A DNA stretch of 64,000 bases from Camelus dromedarius (lineage: Eukaryota), in contig NC_087437.1 of assembly GCF_036321535.1 (NCBI RefSeq), positions 110,858,001 to 110,922,000 of the forward strand. Direction: 5' to 3'. Made by a program: the position numbers and the translations under genes. A model generated the notes under the pieces. That model was not told the DNA's origin, did no database searches, and saw nothing but the letters and a program-made list of their open reading frames with translations. Below, piece by piece: positions 39,332-51,410 of this stretch. Position 1 is the stretch's first letter. Each line of letters opens with the position of its first letter.

Positions 39332-39525
39332 CAGACGTCAGCAAACTTCCTTGCTGTAAAGGGCCCAAGGGTATATATTTCAGGCTTTGTTCAGGCAACT
39401 ACTGAACTCTGCTGCTTCAACACTACGGCAACTGCAGATGATATGTCAACAAACAGGTGTGGCTGTGTTCCCATAAAAATTTATTTACGAAAACAGAACC
39501 ACGGTCTGTAATCTGCCTACCCCTG
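39332..39525. mobile_element. MER58A-like hAT MITE
   Basis: CAGACGTCAGCAAACT ... GGCTGTGTTCCCATAAAAATTTATTTAC ... TGCCTACCCCTG. Confidence 0.85.
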
Positions 39526-39959
39526 TTCTGGTCCTCAGAGGGCCAGAGAGGAGGGGTGCAGCAGGGCAAGTGGAAGACTCTCCTGTAAGAAACGGCAGGA
39601 ACAAGCAAAGGGAACTGGGAGACCCCAAACCACCCACCAGACACCGAGCCCAGTCCTTCACACCCAAGACCAAAATCCAGTCTAGATCCACGGGGTAGGA
39701 ATCAGTTCTCAACACCCTTTGTTCTCAAGGAGACAAGTCTGTCTCCCTCACAGAAGCAGCTTCTACTCTATGGTGGGTCTGTTCTTCTGTCCATTAGAGG
39801 TTTGGTGTGACCTCCCCAAGCTGCTTGGCCATTTTTGTATCAGGCATTCGGCCAGGGCTAGGACTGCAGGCTGTGGTCCCCAAATTGAAAGCAGTGATGG
39901 GTTTACAAGGGAATGAACCTGCCCAGCAACTCACACACCACTCAAGAATGAAGCGCTCA

Positions 39960-40351
39960 AAAAAAAAAAGAAAAGAAAAGAAAAAAGAAGAAAAAGAAAA
40001 AGAGAGAGAGACAAACGAACTTATTTACAAAACAGAAACAGACTCACAGACATAGGAAACAAACTTATGGTTATGGGGTAGGGGGAAGGGAGAGGAAGGG
40101 ATAAATTAGGAGTTTGAGATTTGCAGATACTAACTATTATGTATAAAATAGATAAACAAGTTTATACTCTATAGCACAGGGAACCATATGCAATATTTTA
40201 TGGTAACTTATGGTGAAGAAGAGTATGAGAACGAATGTATGTTCCTATGTGGCTGAAGTATTGTGCTGTACACCAGAAATTGACACAACATTGTAAACTG
40301 ACTATACTTCAAGAAAAATATATTAAAACTGAAAATAAAAAAAAGAGAGAG
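39960..40351 (+). mobile_element. Lineage-specific LINE-1 3' UTR with TSD
   Basis: TSD AGAATGAAGCGCTCA (39945-39959) / AGAATGAATCGCTCA (40352-40366); closely similar to 30182-30494. Confidence 0.92.
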
Positions 40352-40499
40352 AGAATGAATCGCTCAGTGGACAAGCCTTCCCACTCGCCAAACTGGACTC
40401 CTCCTACGGGCTGAAGCACAAGGAAGGGTCCAGGGAGCCTGGAACAGCCAGGGTCCACCACTGTCAGCTCACATCCCCCAAATACACGTGGTTCTTCCC

Positions 40500-41255
40500 T
40501 TTCCTGGAACCCCCTTCTCCTTCACACCTCACACCCTGGCCATCAGCCAATCTCCAAAGCTCCACCTTCAAAATGTACCAAGAAGTTGGCTGTTTCTCAC
40601 CAGTTCCATCACCCAGACTCCAGTCACTTCCTAACTGTTCTCACTGATTCTGCCCTTGATCGCCGTTTCCCCTTGCCACCTCCAACGGTATATTCTCGTG
40701 TTAAAAAATAAGTAAGGTCATTTCCATTCGATGGTCCCCTAAGTCCTTGTGATGGCCTGTGAAGCCCCATGCAGTCTGGATCCCCATGCGCTCCGCCACT
40801 GACCTTCAGTCCTTTCCTGCTCATTCCCACTGCAACAGCCACAATGGCCTCCTTGTCGTTCTTCAAACACACCGGACCCATCTGGACACTCTGAAACTCG
40901 GGGCCTCTGCAAGTCTCTCCCCTTGGCCTGGAACACTCCAGAAAGGCACCTAGAACACTCCCTCACCTCCTTCCTCTCTTACTCAGATGTCTCCTGGGAG
41001 AGAGCCTCCCTGATCATCCTGTGAAATCACAGCCCTATCCCCTAACCCTGCCCCCAGGATGCTCCAGCGCCTTTCCTTGCCCTGTTTCTCCTCACAGCAT
41101 GAATCACCATCTGACACGCTGTACATACTACATAGGTATTTACTTCAGACTTCACACATGCTTGAATGTAAGCTCTGCAAGGGCAGGAATTTTGTCCTCA
41201 GTGCCCAGAGCAGAGACAGGCAGGGAGTAGGAAGTTAAAAAGCATCTGTTGAGTC
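40500..41255 (+). mobile_element. L2 LINE 3' fragment
   Basis: GAATGTAAGCTCTGCAAGGGCAGGAATTTTGTC...CAGTGCCCAGAGCAG and the upstream pyrimidine-rich L2 body. Confidence 0.75.
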
Positions 41256-41569
41256 AATTAATTCCTTCCTATTTGTCTGCATCTGAGGTGGTTCCTTCTT
41301 CCTTTCCTTCCATCTCTTTCTTTTAGCATCTTTATTTTTTATCCTACTTCCAACCTCCTTCAATTATACTTAGAGATTCTTAGTCTCTTCTTTTTCATTC
41401 CACATCTTTCCTTCCCTCCTTTCTCTTATTATCTAGAGGTATTTATTAAGTAGAATTTAGACATTTTAAAAAAGAGGCTATTTTTTATTAGTGTTTTTAC
41501 CAAATCCTTACCCCCATGTCAAATATGTTAGGAATTCAAGAGTTCGTAGTATCTTAAAAAAAAAAAAAA

Positions 41570-42430
41570 AACTCACTGATCATCTTTGAAAGATAAGAAC
41601 CAAATCATTATTCTGGTAAAGAAAAGGAGAGAATCAGGTCACTAATCTGCCTTTTATATACAAACTATACCTCAAGGTAATTGTTTTTAAAAAAGGTTGA
41701 AATAAAGTTCCTCTTTACAGAAATTTTCCAGCTAGTACATGCAGAAGAAATGACAGAATGAGACTATGACATTTTTGTAACCCTGAAATCAAGAATGAAT
41801 CTAGGTTCCCATTATTGGTCATGAGTGGCTCCTACCACCATGAGGGGAAAAGCTGATGGTGACCCTAGTAACAGATGGTCAGACTAACAGCACCTGTCAG
41901 TACTAATGTTTCAGAAAAAGACAGAATAGATCACCCGAAGGAAGTTACGCTATCACGTATGAAATATTCTTGCCCCCAAATCTAAACCTAAATCTGATTA
42001 AGCCTTTAGTTTATAGGACATTTGGGGGACAATGAAACATGTTAAATGACAATACTGGAATGTTGGTAGGAAAATCTACATTTTGGGGGACTGCACAGGA
42101 CAAAAGATCCAGCTTCTTCATCAAATATATCACAAGAGAGAACAGGAGAGGGACAGGAAACCTGTATATTAAAAGAGACCTAAGAACCATATTAATCAAA
42201 TGCAATGTGTGAACTTTATTTAAATTCTTTGATTCCCCTGAAGTATTTTTAACTAACTGTGAAAAACTGTTTCTTAAATCATCAGGGAAATCTGGACATG
42301 AACATTCAGTAATATTAAGAAATTAATTAGTGCCCATTTTCTACATGTTATAATAGTATTGTGTTGATGTTTTAACAAAAAGAATCCTTATCTTTTCAGA
42401 GAGTCACACTGAAAGATTTATAACTAAATC
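41570..42430 (+). mobile_element. Old L1MC4/5-type 3' UTR
   Basis: TTAAAAGAGACCTAAGAACCATATTAATCAAATGCAATGTGTGAAC...AGAATCCTTATCTTTT. Confidence 0.6.
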
Positions 42431-43388
42431 TGATTTTCTTTTTAAACCCTCATCCTAAAATTCTTTCCCCAAGAAAATGACTTTGGTTGTTTTGATGCTA
42501 TGGAAGTCACTGCTTTCCAAATATACCCATGAATGAGGTGACGCAGAAAGAATGGGGCTGAAAATCAACAAAAACCAGGCAGAGGTTTAGGGCTAAATGA
42601 TAAACAAATAAATGAAAAAGGTAATGTATTTATATACCCTTGATGCACCTCGAAAGTCCTTCAAAGCATACATACCACGTGGAGGTCAGGCTTCTGATAA
42701 TGTTAACATCTGAAAAATAGCCATCAATCTGGAAATTTGAAAAAGAGAAAAGAAAAAGACTTCTGAGTGATACACAGCTTTCACAAAGCCCATGATGCAC
42801 TTTACTCCATGAAAGAAAAAGAAGCACTTCACGTCATTTATAAAATTGTATCAAACAACTGTATCTCAGCAAGAGCTAAGAGCAAAGGAAAAAAACAAAG
42901 GACTTACTAGAAGCAAAGGAGCAGGGCAGTCCAAGAGTTTATAAAATAAAGACACAGTCCACACAGAGTAGACCCCCAGAGCACCACCCTAATGCAGCCT
43001 TGGACACCATATCCCAGAGTAAAGGCAACATAAGTTCAAGCATGCTCAGAGTCCTGTTAACGCAAGAAGAGCAATGTAGACACTGCTTAAAATTATCCTC
43101 ATTAAAATGGCTACAGTTTACGAAGCTCAATTATTTGCTTAATGAAGGAGGAAACAGGTTTCAAGGAAAGGGAGATCAGAATTGAGATCAGTGCGTAAAA
43201 GGGAGGGGAGATTTGAGCTTGAAATGAAGGCGGAGAACCAGCCCCTGAGGGAGTGAATGGGCTTTTCGTTTGCTACCCTGAGATGCTGGACCCCTCACGG
43301 GGGGCTCCACATGGCTCTCGGCATTGGGTGAGGTTGGATCAGAGGTCCTTGAGAATCCTAAACAATTCCAAGGTTTTCTGATGGGTAA

Positions 43389-43870
43389 AGTTACAGAAAA
43401 ATTTATTCTGATGCTTGTTCAAATGGTAAGAAAGAAAATAAAAATAAAAATAAATAACGTAAATAAATAAATAAATGTGTTTTTTAATGGTAAGAAAGAC
43501 TTTTTTTCAGAGCTACTGCAAAAATGGAGAGAGATGGGGCTCAACTCCAAATATAGCCAAGACACCTGGGCATTTACAGCGAACAAGCAGAATGAGATGA
43601 TCAGTGGACAGAAAATTACTAAGAGGAGACACTGAGGGTAGAGGAGTCATTACACAGACAACAGGATTCCTAGTGAAGTGATCGGATGTCAGGGACAATC
43701 ACATATCAAGGGTGGGGGATTCTCTCTAAACTGGCTTAGCAGGATTCCTGCTACAATTGGGCTAGGCAGACACCAGAAACAGGACAGGGACCAAGGTCCA
43801 GGTCAAGACAAAAACAGGACTCAGAGGAGCCTGACTAAAGCTTGCTTAAGGAGAGAGGTCTTTTTTAGTA
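43389..43870 (-). mobile_element. ERV1 solo LTR (MER31/MER67-like), second copy
   Basis: Shares TTATTCTGA, AAAATTACTAAG and CTCAGAGGAGC.TGACTAAAG with 26136-26673. Confidence 0.7.
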
Positions 43871-44519
43871 AATGAGAATTCCACCTTACAAAGAGAAATG
43901 CTTTTGCCTAGAGGTGCTGTCCAAGGTCACAGAGCCAGTGTGAGCTGGTGCCAGCAACAGATTCCAGACCTCCCGGATCCAAGCTCAGTGATGTCAGTTA
44001 CACCCACTGCCTCCTAACACCTTACACTACGTAACACTTTTTCATTTCTCCATTGCTTCCCCACACAATTTTCTGTTTGCACAATCCAGAAATTCCCATT
44101 TCCATACATCAAGCTATCATGAGATAGGGGAAAACTATCTCTGAACACAATGCCATGGAAGTAATTTATGTGCAATCCCCTGTGATACTGAGGCAGACTG
44201 AGTCATCATCATGAGGTATAACGAAGCCTTTTAAAGTGGTTTTGTAATAACAGGCGTACAAATAAAATAGAAAAAAAATAAAAGACTGAGTTTAAAAGCA
44301 TCTGAAAAGAACAGGATGCTTCCAATCACTAGCAGGATTACAAAACCTCCACAGCTCTGGCTACATAATTTCCCGTGATGCTCAATCCCCAGGGAGAGTC
44401 TTTTAGGATGACAGAGTGACTTCTTGCACTCTTGAAAGCACCACCTACAGGATAAAAATGATTTAAGAATCAGAAGTGCGATGCAAAAAATATTCTCTGC
44501 CCTTCAGACTACTTCCCAT

Positions 44520-45235
44520 CTTCTTTCACTGGAATCTGTGTCCTGGGAGGCTGACCTCTGAGGCCGGTGTCAGCTGGGCTCTTTTGCCCTCTGGCCCCTT
44601 GGGAAGTACCAGTAGAAGCCAGGAGAGTAGAAGGAGAGGAGGGGAGGAAGGAACATGAATCCCTCTGCTTCCTGCCTGCAGGGTCACCTGGGGGGGTCTC
44701 TCCACCACAGGTCCCAGCTTCTCCGGGCGACCCTCTCCCTCTACGCTTACTTCTGGGGGTTGGAGGGTGTCATAGACTATGTCCCCTCAAATTTGTATGT
44801 TGGACTCTAATCCCCAAGGTGATAGTCTCAGGAGGTAGCCTTTAGGAGGTGATCAGGTCACGAGGGTGGGGCCCTCACAAGTGGCATTAGTGCCCTTATA
44901 AAAGAGACCCCGGAGAGCTCCCTCACAGGGTCCACCATGTGACAACACCAGAGAAGACAGCCATCTTACAAACCAAGACGTGAGCACTCCTTAGACACTG
45001 AATCCACCGTCACCTTGGCCTTGGCCTTCTCAGCCTTGAGAACTGTGAGAGATGTACCCTGTGTATAAGTCACCCCGTCTAGCAGTCTGAATGCACTAAG
45101 ACAGAGGGCCCCTCCCTTTGCACCAGTCTGCCTCACTCCCCTTTCTGTTTCTCCGCTCCATGACAACCTTCATTAAACTCTCTTCTGCCACTTCTTTGAG
45201 CGTGTCATATATGTCCCTGCCCAGCCTCTGACAGC
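44520..45235 (+). mobile_element. LTR33-like ERVL LTR, interrupted by MLT1A
   Basis: 3' part CCTTCATTAAACTCTCTTC...TTTGAGCGTGTCAT...CCTCTGACA resembles the LTR33 terminus. Confidence 0.5.
44768..45103 (+). mobile_element. MLT1A0-like MaLR solo LTR with perfect 5-bp TSD
   Basis: TG...CA termini; TSD GAGGG at 44763-44767 and 45104-45108; ATTAGTGCCCTTATAAAAGAGACCC. Confidence 0.92.
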
Positions 45236-45589
45236 AATGAAAAGAGAGGAGGGACAGAGAATCACAAATTTAATTTTCCATATTTACTCTCATTTGGGCA
45301 GTGAGATTGGGGTGGGGGCGAGCAGACGCAATTTTTAAGCGAGATTTCATGGCATTTGTACAGGGAATGAGGCATATGTTCGAGGAGGCTCTAAGTGTAA
45401 AGGTTCCCATGAAAATCCAGAATTTGTATACAGAATTTGGTATACATGGGCTATTCTCTAAAAAGAGAAATCTAGAAAGAAAAAGGTCAAAAATAGACTT
45501 GTGTTCTCAAAAGTGGACCCCAAAATGGAGAGCCAAAGCCGTCAGAGAAACACAGCACAAAAACAGCCACCATCTGCCCAGGGGAAGAG

Positions 45590-46080
45590 AGACGGCTGGG
45601 CTGACGATGGGTACCCCATGCCAGCCTCGCCCGCCACCGCCCGCAGCCCAGGAACACCGCCTCCTGCCCTCTCCCGGGGGCGGGGCCGGGGGAGGAACCA
45701 CCGCCTCCGTGCCGCCCACCACCGCCTGCCCGAGGGAGGCAGCTGGGACGGTGTGTTCCTGCAAGTCGCTCACAGCTCCCTCCCAACAGTCAAGTGACAT
45801 TGCAAAAGCTCATCAGCTCAGCAGGTGCTCGGATCCACAAGCAATAGCAAAAACAGTTCCGGGACGTGGAAAATCTCGTCCTGTTGTTCTGAAAAGCTTG
45901 GGGCTCAGAGGCAAGGCAGAGTGTGCAGGCAGCCGAGCGGGGGGGTTTCGGGGGAGCGGGGAGCAGCAGGCTAGCAGAGCTGATCCCACAAGAAAGTCAG
46001 CAGGTGCCCCGTCCGGGGTCAGGTGGGAGGGGGCAGGTGCGAGCCCCTACCGAGGAGTCAGCTCTTACCTTACAGACACG
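45590..46080. promoter_or_regulatory. Small CpG-rich/GC-box element (candidate alternative promoter or enhancer)
   Basis: Dense CpGs, a GGGGCGGGG Sp/KLF box near 45677, repeated CCGCC motifs, no recognisable repeat. Confidence 0.55.
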
Positions 46081-46434
46081 TGGCCTGAGCCCAGCCCTGC
46101 CCTTCACCTGCTGTGTGACCCAGGATAGGTGGTTCACCCTCTCTGAGTTACAGTTTCCCCCTATACCATTCAGTATGAACCTCATAGCATTGTGTGGGTT
46201 GTCATTGAGAAAGTGTTTCTAAGACCCAGTAAATGCCTTCCCGGGTCTGTTTTAGAATTGACATCAGAGCTCTTCTCCACCTCCTCCACTAATGCAGAGA
46301 TCTCAGGCACAAACAGAAGCCTATAAAATCAATCTCCAATTCCACACCAGGGCAGATGCCAAAAGGGAGTGACAGCCACCTGAGCAAGGTCACCTAACAG
46401 GGACAAAAGCCTCCATCCCACACAGAGCCCTGCC

Positions 46435-46560
46435 AGTCCCCCAACCACTGAGGGCCCCAGTTTCCTCATTGGTAAGATGAGAACAGCTGCAGCTAATAGG
46501 ACAGTGAGGATGCCACAAGCTCTTGGAAACATGCCAGGCACACAACAGGCACTCACAGAC
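46435..46560 (+). mobile_element. MIR SINE
   Basis: CCCCAGTTTCCTCATTGGTAAGATGAG...GTGAGGAT...GCCAGGCACACAACAGGCACTCA; another MIR piece at about 46085-46240. Confidence 0.7.
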
Positions 46561-48685
46561 CATCGGCCACCATCACCCTACAGCACCTGCGTCCCAGGAG
46601 CCCTGCAGGGGAAACCCGGGTCAGTGAAACTGGTGTATTGAGGGGTGGGGGGTATCTTTTCTGACTTCCAGCACCAGTGAAATGGAAGACAGTCAGACAC
46701 AGACGGAACAGGATTCCGACCACAGCCACTCCCCAGACAAACCATTACTGATGTTCTTGGAACCTCAGCTTCCTCACCAGACACATGGGGTCGAGCGACC
46801 TCACTCACAGGGTTGTCCTGAGAAACAAAAACACGCCGTGGAGGCAGGAAGTAAATGTTACTTCTTGTCATCTCTCCCCCTTCCCTGGAGTGCAGAGAAG
46901 GCAGCAAAAGCCAAAAGTGGATTCCCGCAGCCCTCAGGGAAGGTCATCACCCGCCCAGATCACAGCAGTCTAGTGTCCCCTGAGACCTCGTGGTCCGTGT
47001 GGCTAAGGAGGTCTTCCTACCAACAAAGCAAGATGGAACTACATCCCTGGGGCACGCTCGTGGGGCCTGCCTCCCAACTAAGATGTCAGCCATTTCCCAC
47101 CAAAGGCCCAGAGAGCAGGGTTCAGGGTCAGCAAAACCCTGCAGAAGCAGGGAAAAGGCTTTAGAAGCCCTCCTTAGCCAAACAAAAAAAACAAAAAACC
47201 TCCCATCAAAGAGTACAGGGGCTATCTGACAGCTACACGAGGACATGGAGCCCGAATCACCGACACGGAGGGCAGGGAAGGTCACTTTTCTATAAACATC
47301 TGAAAGATAAAGAGTGTAGATAAATGTCAAAAACAATGCCAAAAAAAAAAAAACCAGTTGCATACTACTTGCTTACACAGCTTTTTCCTTCTTCAGACAA
47401 ATGATAAAACGTCCCTGCTTCTGAATATAAATCATCTTCAATTAAGACATTTCTGTTGGAAAGCACTTTTGGCAGGGCCAACAAAATATTTGCCACTGTT
47501 CTCCGACTTGGAGCTTTCAAGGTTGGCAGGGCGATTTATTTTTGTTGATTAAACAAAATACAAATGGAAAAGGCCTAAAAATTGATTGGCCAATTAAACT
47601 CAATGATTCTCCACAATGAAATGTGCTTTTATTAGCTTTACCAGAGTTATTTAAAAAAAAAGAAAAAAAAAACCTCCTAGCTTTACTGCTGTTTGCAGGA
47701 TTTACCCCACTGATATTTGTGCTGACAGAAAGATTTAAGTGAGGACCAGATTATACAAAGTGTGTCTTCTCTTTTGCTGGAACGGAAGGAAAAGAAACAA
47801 TTAAGGGCTTGGGCCACTTCAGGAAGAATGTCTGCCCAGCATTCGTAACTCTTGAAAGAATGATTTGGGTTGAGTGAGGGAGCCGTCAGCACGCATTTCG
47901 TGTGTACTTGTTCTCTGGCAAATTACAGATTCACTAATAGGGGCCAATTTGTTGAGATGACAACAATCATAAAGATCCAAATTCTTCATTTTCTCTTTTC
48001 ACTTTTCAAAGGGATGAGTGTCTAGAGAAGCAGCCAACCAAATGATGGGTGTCAGATGCTTCTGCAAAATGGACCAATGGACAGAGGGGCACCAGAAGCC
48101 TATTTCGGTCCACAGCAACATTTTTCTGAATTGCAACCATGAGGTCCAGATCACAACTGCAATAAATCCATATACAATAGTCATAAACCCAGGCCAGCAG
48201 AACGCTGATGCTTCCTGGTGGTCAGAGCATTAATGCTGCAGGCTGCTACACATTTTTAAACTTGATTGTACATAATTGTTAATCACTGACCCATTCTCCA
48301 ACCCGCCTGGGCTAGAACATGTTGCCAGGCAACCAATTTTGCTCCAGATACTTTCTGAAAGGTAGTGAGGAAACAACAAGTGTCAACCAAGTGAACACTA
48401 ACCATTAGAGACAGGTTCAACTGAAAAAAAAAAAAAAATGTGCGCTTCCTAAAAACATGTCCATCTCATGTATGTAGACACGTATTTCCCATGTCTTACA
48501 ACTCAGAAAATAAGCTCCCTTAGGTCGAATTGGATGAAACTGCCCTTTTGGTAGCTCAGTTTGGTGATTCATATAGTCCAACTTAATAACTCAGAAGAGG
48601 TTTGCAGAGACTGGAAGACAGAGGAACCACAATCCCCTGCTAATATAATCACAATTGTGCTTTGTACCAGTAACATATCACTTAC

Positions 48686-48700
48686 CTACTCCACACATTC
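48686..48700 (-). other. Candidate 15-nt micro-exon
   Basis: Minus strand: tttttttttattaaaaccattttcag|GAATGTGTGGAGTAG|gtaagt. Confidence 0.35.
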
Positions 48701-49864
48701 CTGAAAATGGTTTTAATAAAAAAAAACAGTTGGGAGAGGCAGCCTGCATCGTTTTGCAAATGTCTGAATAAGCAGTCACATTTATTTTTCCATTTTAGCC
48801 TATGACAAACTGATCTGACTACTTCTTGTACAATATGCAGACATTCCCTGCCTTTTCAAATGTTCAGAGCCACCAGGAATGGGACTCAATTTATTTTTCC
48901 TAATTTGAGATCAGAACACCAGAGGACATCCTAAAGATGAAGACAGAATTGTCAAGTACAGGGAAAAGTTCATTTCAGGGGAAAGAGGAGGGAAGGCAGG
49001 ATTGCTGGGATCACAGAACATGATGATCTTCTGCAAAAACAGTGAAATCAAGTGACTCCCCTCATCCAAGGCAGCCGAGAGCACCACGGTCAAGGAGCAC
49101 TGGAAAAACGTAATGGCCCCATGTCAGCACGCAGAGTTATCACCAGGAGAGTTTAGAATCTCTGTAAGAAGTCCTGAAAAATGACCAGCTCAGGCAGTGC
49201 AACCGAGGAGATGATTAATCTCATTAAGCAACAATTGGTAAAAATTATCAGGTGAAGGGAGAATTCACGGTGAAGTTTAAGTTTAAATTTCTGCCCTTAC
49301 TGAGCAAGTTTGAATACATCTTATGATTTTCTAGCAGCCAAAATTAACTATATCTAAAATTGCTAAATTACAATTTATAAACTAGACACACATAGACTTT
49401 ACATTTGGCAAATGTCAAATTATCTTAAGAAGATACTAGAAAGTTGATTGCCCATACCCAGATGAGTCCTATTAAAATGTAACCAGGCTTTCTGTTTAGG
49501 CTGCTTTCTTACATGCTTATAATTAAAAAGAAAAAATAAGTAAACAATACAGAAACATACGAAGTTAAAAGGTGGAACGTTTTCTCTTCAAGTCATTACT
49601 ACCCTCATTTTCATTCCCCAGGGGTAACCTCCAATTTGCGCACTTACTTTTAACAGAAGTAGCACCCTAAGGCATCTCCCAGCAACTTGCTCTTGTCACT
49701 CAGCATCACAACATTTAAGCTAGTTTTAAACAGAGTCCTCTGGCACATCTGATTCATCAGCTAATTTGTCCGCAGTCTCAAAATAAAGCTTCTCAGATAT
49801 TAAGAGCCACCCCCACTCTCCCAGAGTTGACATCAATTTAAAGACCAACAAGGAATACACCCAA

Positions 49865-49985
49865 ATTTTATAGTAACTAGAAATGGAATATAACTTTTAA
49901 AAATTGTGAATCACTATGTTGTACACCTGAAACTTATATAATATTGTACATCAACTATACTTCAGTAAAGAATAAATAAACAGAT
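49865..49985 (+). mobile_element. LINE-1 extreme 3' fragment
   Basis: GAATCACTATGTTGTACACCTGAAACTTATATAATATTGTACATCAACTATACTTCA. Confidence 0.85.
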
Positions 49986-50009
49986 AGATAAAAACAAAGA
50001 CCATCAAAA

Positions 50010-50183
50010 CAATAAGTTTATACTGTAGAGCACAGGGAACTATATTCAATATCTGGTAGTAACCTATAATGAAAAAGAATATGAAAGTGAGTATGTGTAC
50101 ATATATTATAACTGAAACATTATGCTGTACACCAGAAATTGACAGAACATTGTAAACTGACTGTACTTCAGTTAAAAAAAAAA
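50010..50183 (+). mobile_element. LINE-1 3' fragment with 19-bp TSD
   Basis: TSD AAAACAAAGACCATCAAAA at 49991-50009 and 50184-50202; poly(A) tail. Confidence 0.92.
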
Positions 50184-50956
50184 AAAACAAAGACCATCAA
50201 AAGCAGTATCAATTATTCATCTCCCCAAAGCTCTGAGACACACTCTAGAAGTCCTGGAAGAAGAAAAGAAAATTTTAAATCTGTAGTTACTTCCAAGGAA
50301 GCTCATCCCAACACAAATGGGGCTTCCAAGAAGCAGCTGGTTAGCACCACTAGTGAGTGGCTTGAGCTGGAGTCCCAAAGGAGAGATGTCTGTATCACAA
50401 AAGTGAGAAAGAGAGAGAGAGAAATGAAATCCAGAAACATCCAAGGCTGAACAAATATCAAGGGCCAACTGCTAAATTAAATTCTGAAGCCCACTGCTAC
50501 AAGCTGGGAGAAGAATGTTACTTCAACAGGGACAGTTTCAACCCCCTGCGAGGGAAACTGTGAGCCTGCTGGGAGCAGCAACTATTGAGACAAGGAACAA
50601 CAAAAACACTTTCATAAGCATTAGGACTGTCACAGAAAAGCAGAGACTGACAGAACTGTGGTGTGTGCAACATGAATTCCACATTGTTCCAACTCAGGAA
50701 TTACCAAGCCATATTTGAGGTTGTGTTTTCTTTCCTTAAGGGAGGCAGCTGCAGACTTAAATTCTGAAGCCAACACTCCTAATCTCAGTTCTACAAATAG
50801 ACTTTAAGAAAGTCACTTCCTCTCTCTAGATATGTTTTCTTGCCTATAAAATGAGAGAAAAAAAAATAAAATAAAATGAGAGGAATTGACTAAAGGAACT
50901 CTAAAATCTTTAACATGATTTATTCCTATGATGCTGTTTGGTTAAAACTATGCTTG

Positions 50957-51211
50957 TGGATGGATGGATGGATGGATGGACAGACTGGATAAATGGATGG
51001 ACAGATGGGTGGATGGATGGATGCTGGATGGATAGGTGGATGGATGTATAATAAGTAGATCATGAAAGGATAGACGCATGAATAAATGAGTAGATAGATG
51101 AATGGGTGATAGATGAATAGGTGGATCAATGGATGATGGATGAGTGATGGATGGATGGATGGATGGATGGGTGAGTGGGTGGATGATGTATGAATGATGG
51201 AGGATAGATGG
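50957..51211. repeat. Degenerate (TGGA)n tandem repeat
   Basis: About 250 bp of GGAT/AGAT/GAAT units. Confidence 0.92.
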
Positions 51212-51239
51212 GAGACAGTAGTCTACTGAGTGAGATTGT

Positions 51240-51410
51240 ACAGGTTTATGACCAATTGCTAAAGTTTTTTAAATGTTCTGAGCCAGTCAACATTATCTAG
51301 GTAACTTGGAATCTACCACAGTGGGAATATTTACACCATGGAAATTGGCAAACACTACAAATCAGGACTTTTTATCCGCCCCTAAAGTCTTTTTACCAAA
51401 ACACCACGAT
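51240..51410. mobile_element. MER63-like hAT element
   Basis: GTGGGAATATTTACACCATGGAAATTGGCAAACACTACAAATCAG. Confidence 0.65.

Noticed and set aside
45301..46128. 275-aa ORF, the longest in the window
   Set aside because: It starts at GTG, spans the GC-rich element where stops are rare, is low-complexity Pro/Gly/Ala, ends in a MIR and has no recognisable homology.
50926..51129. His/Pro/Ile-rich ORF
   Set aside because: It is a translation of the (TCCA)n tandem repeat.
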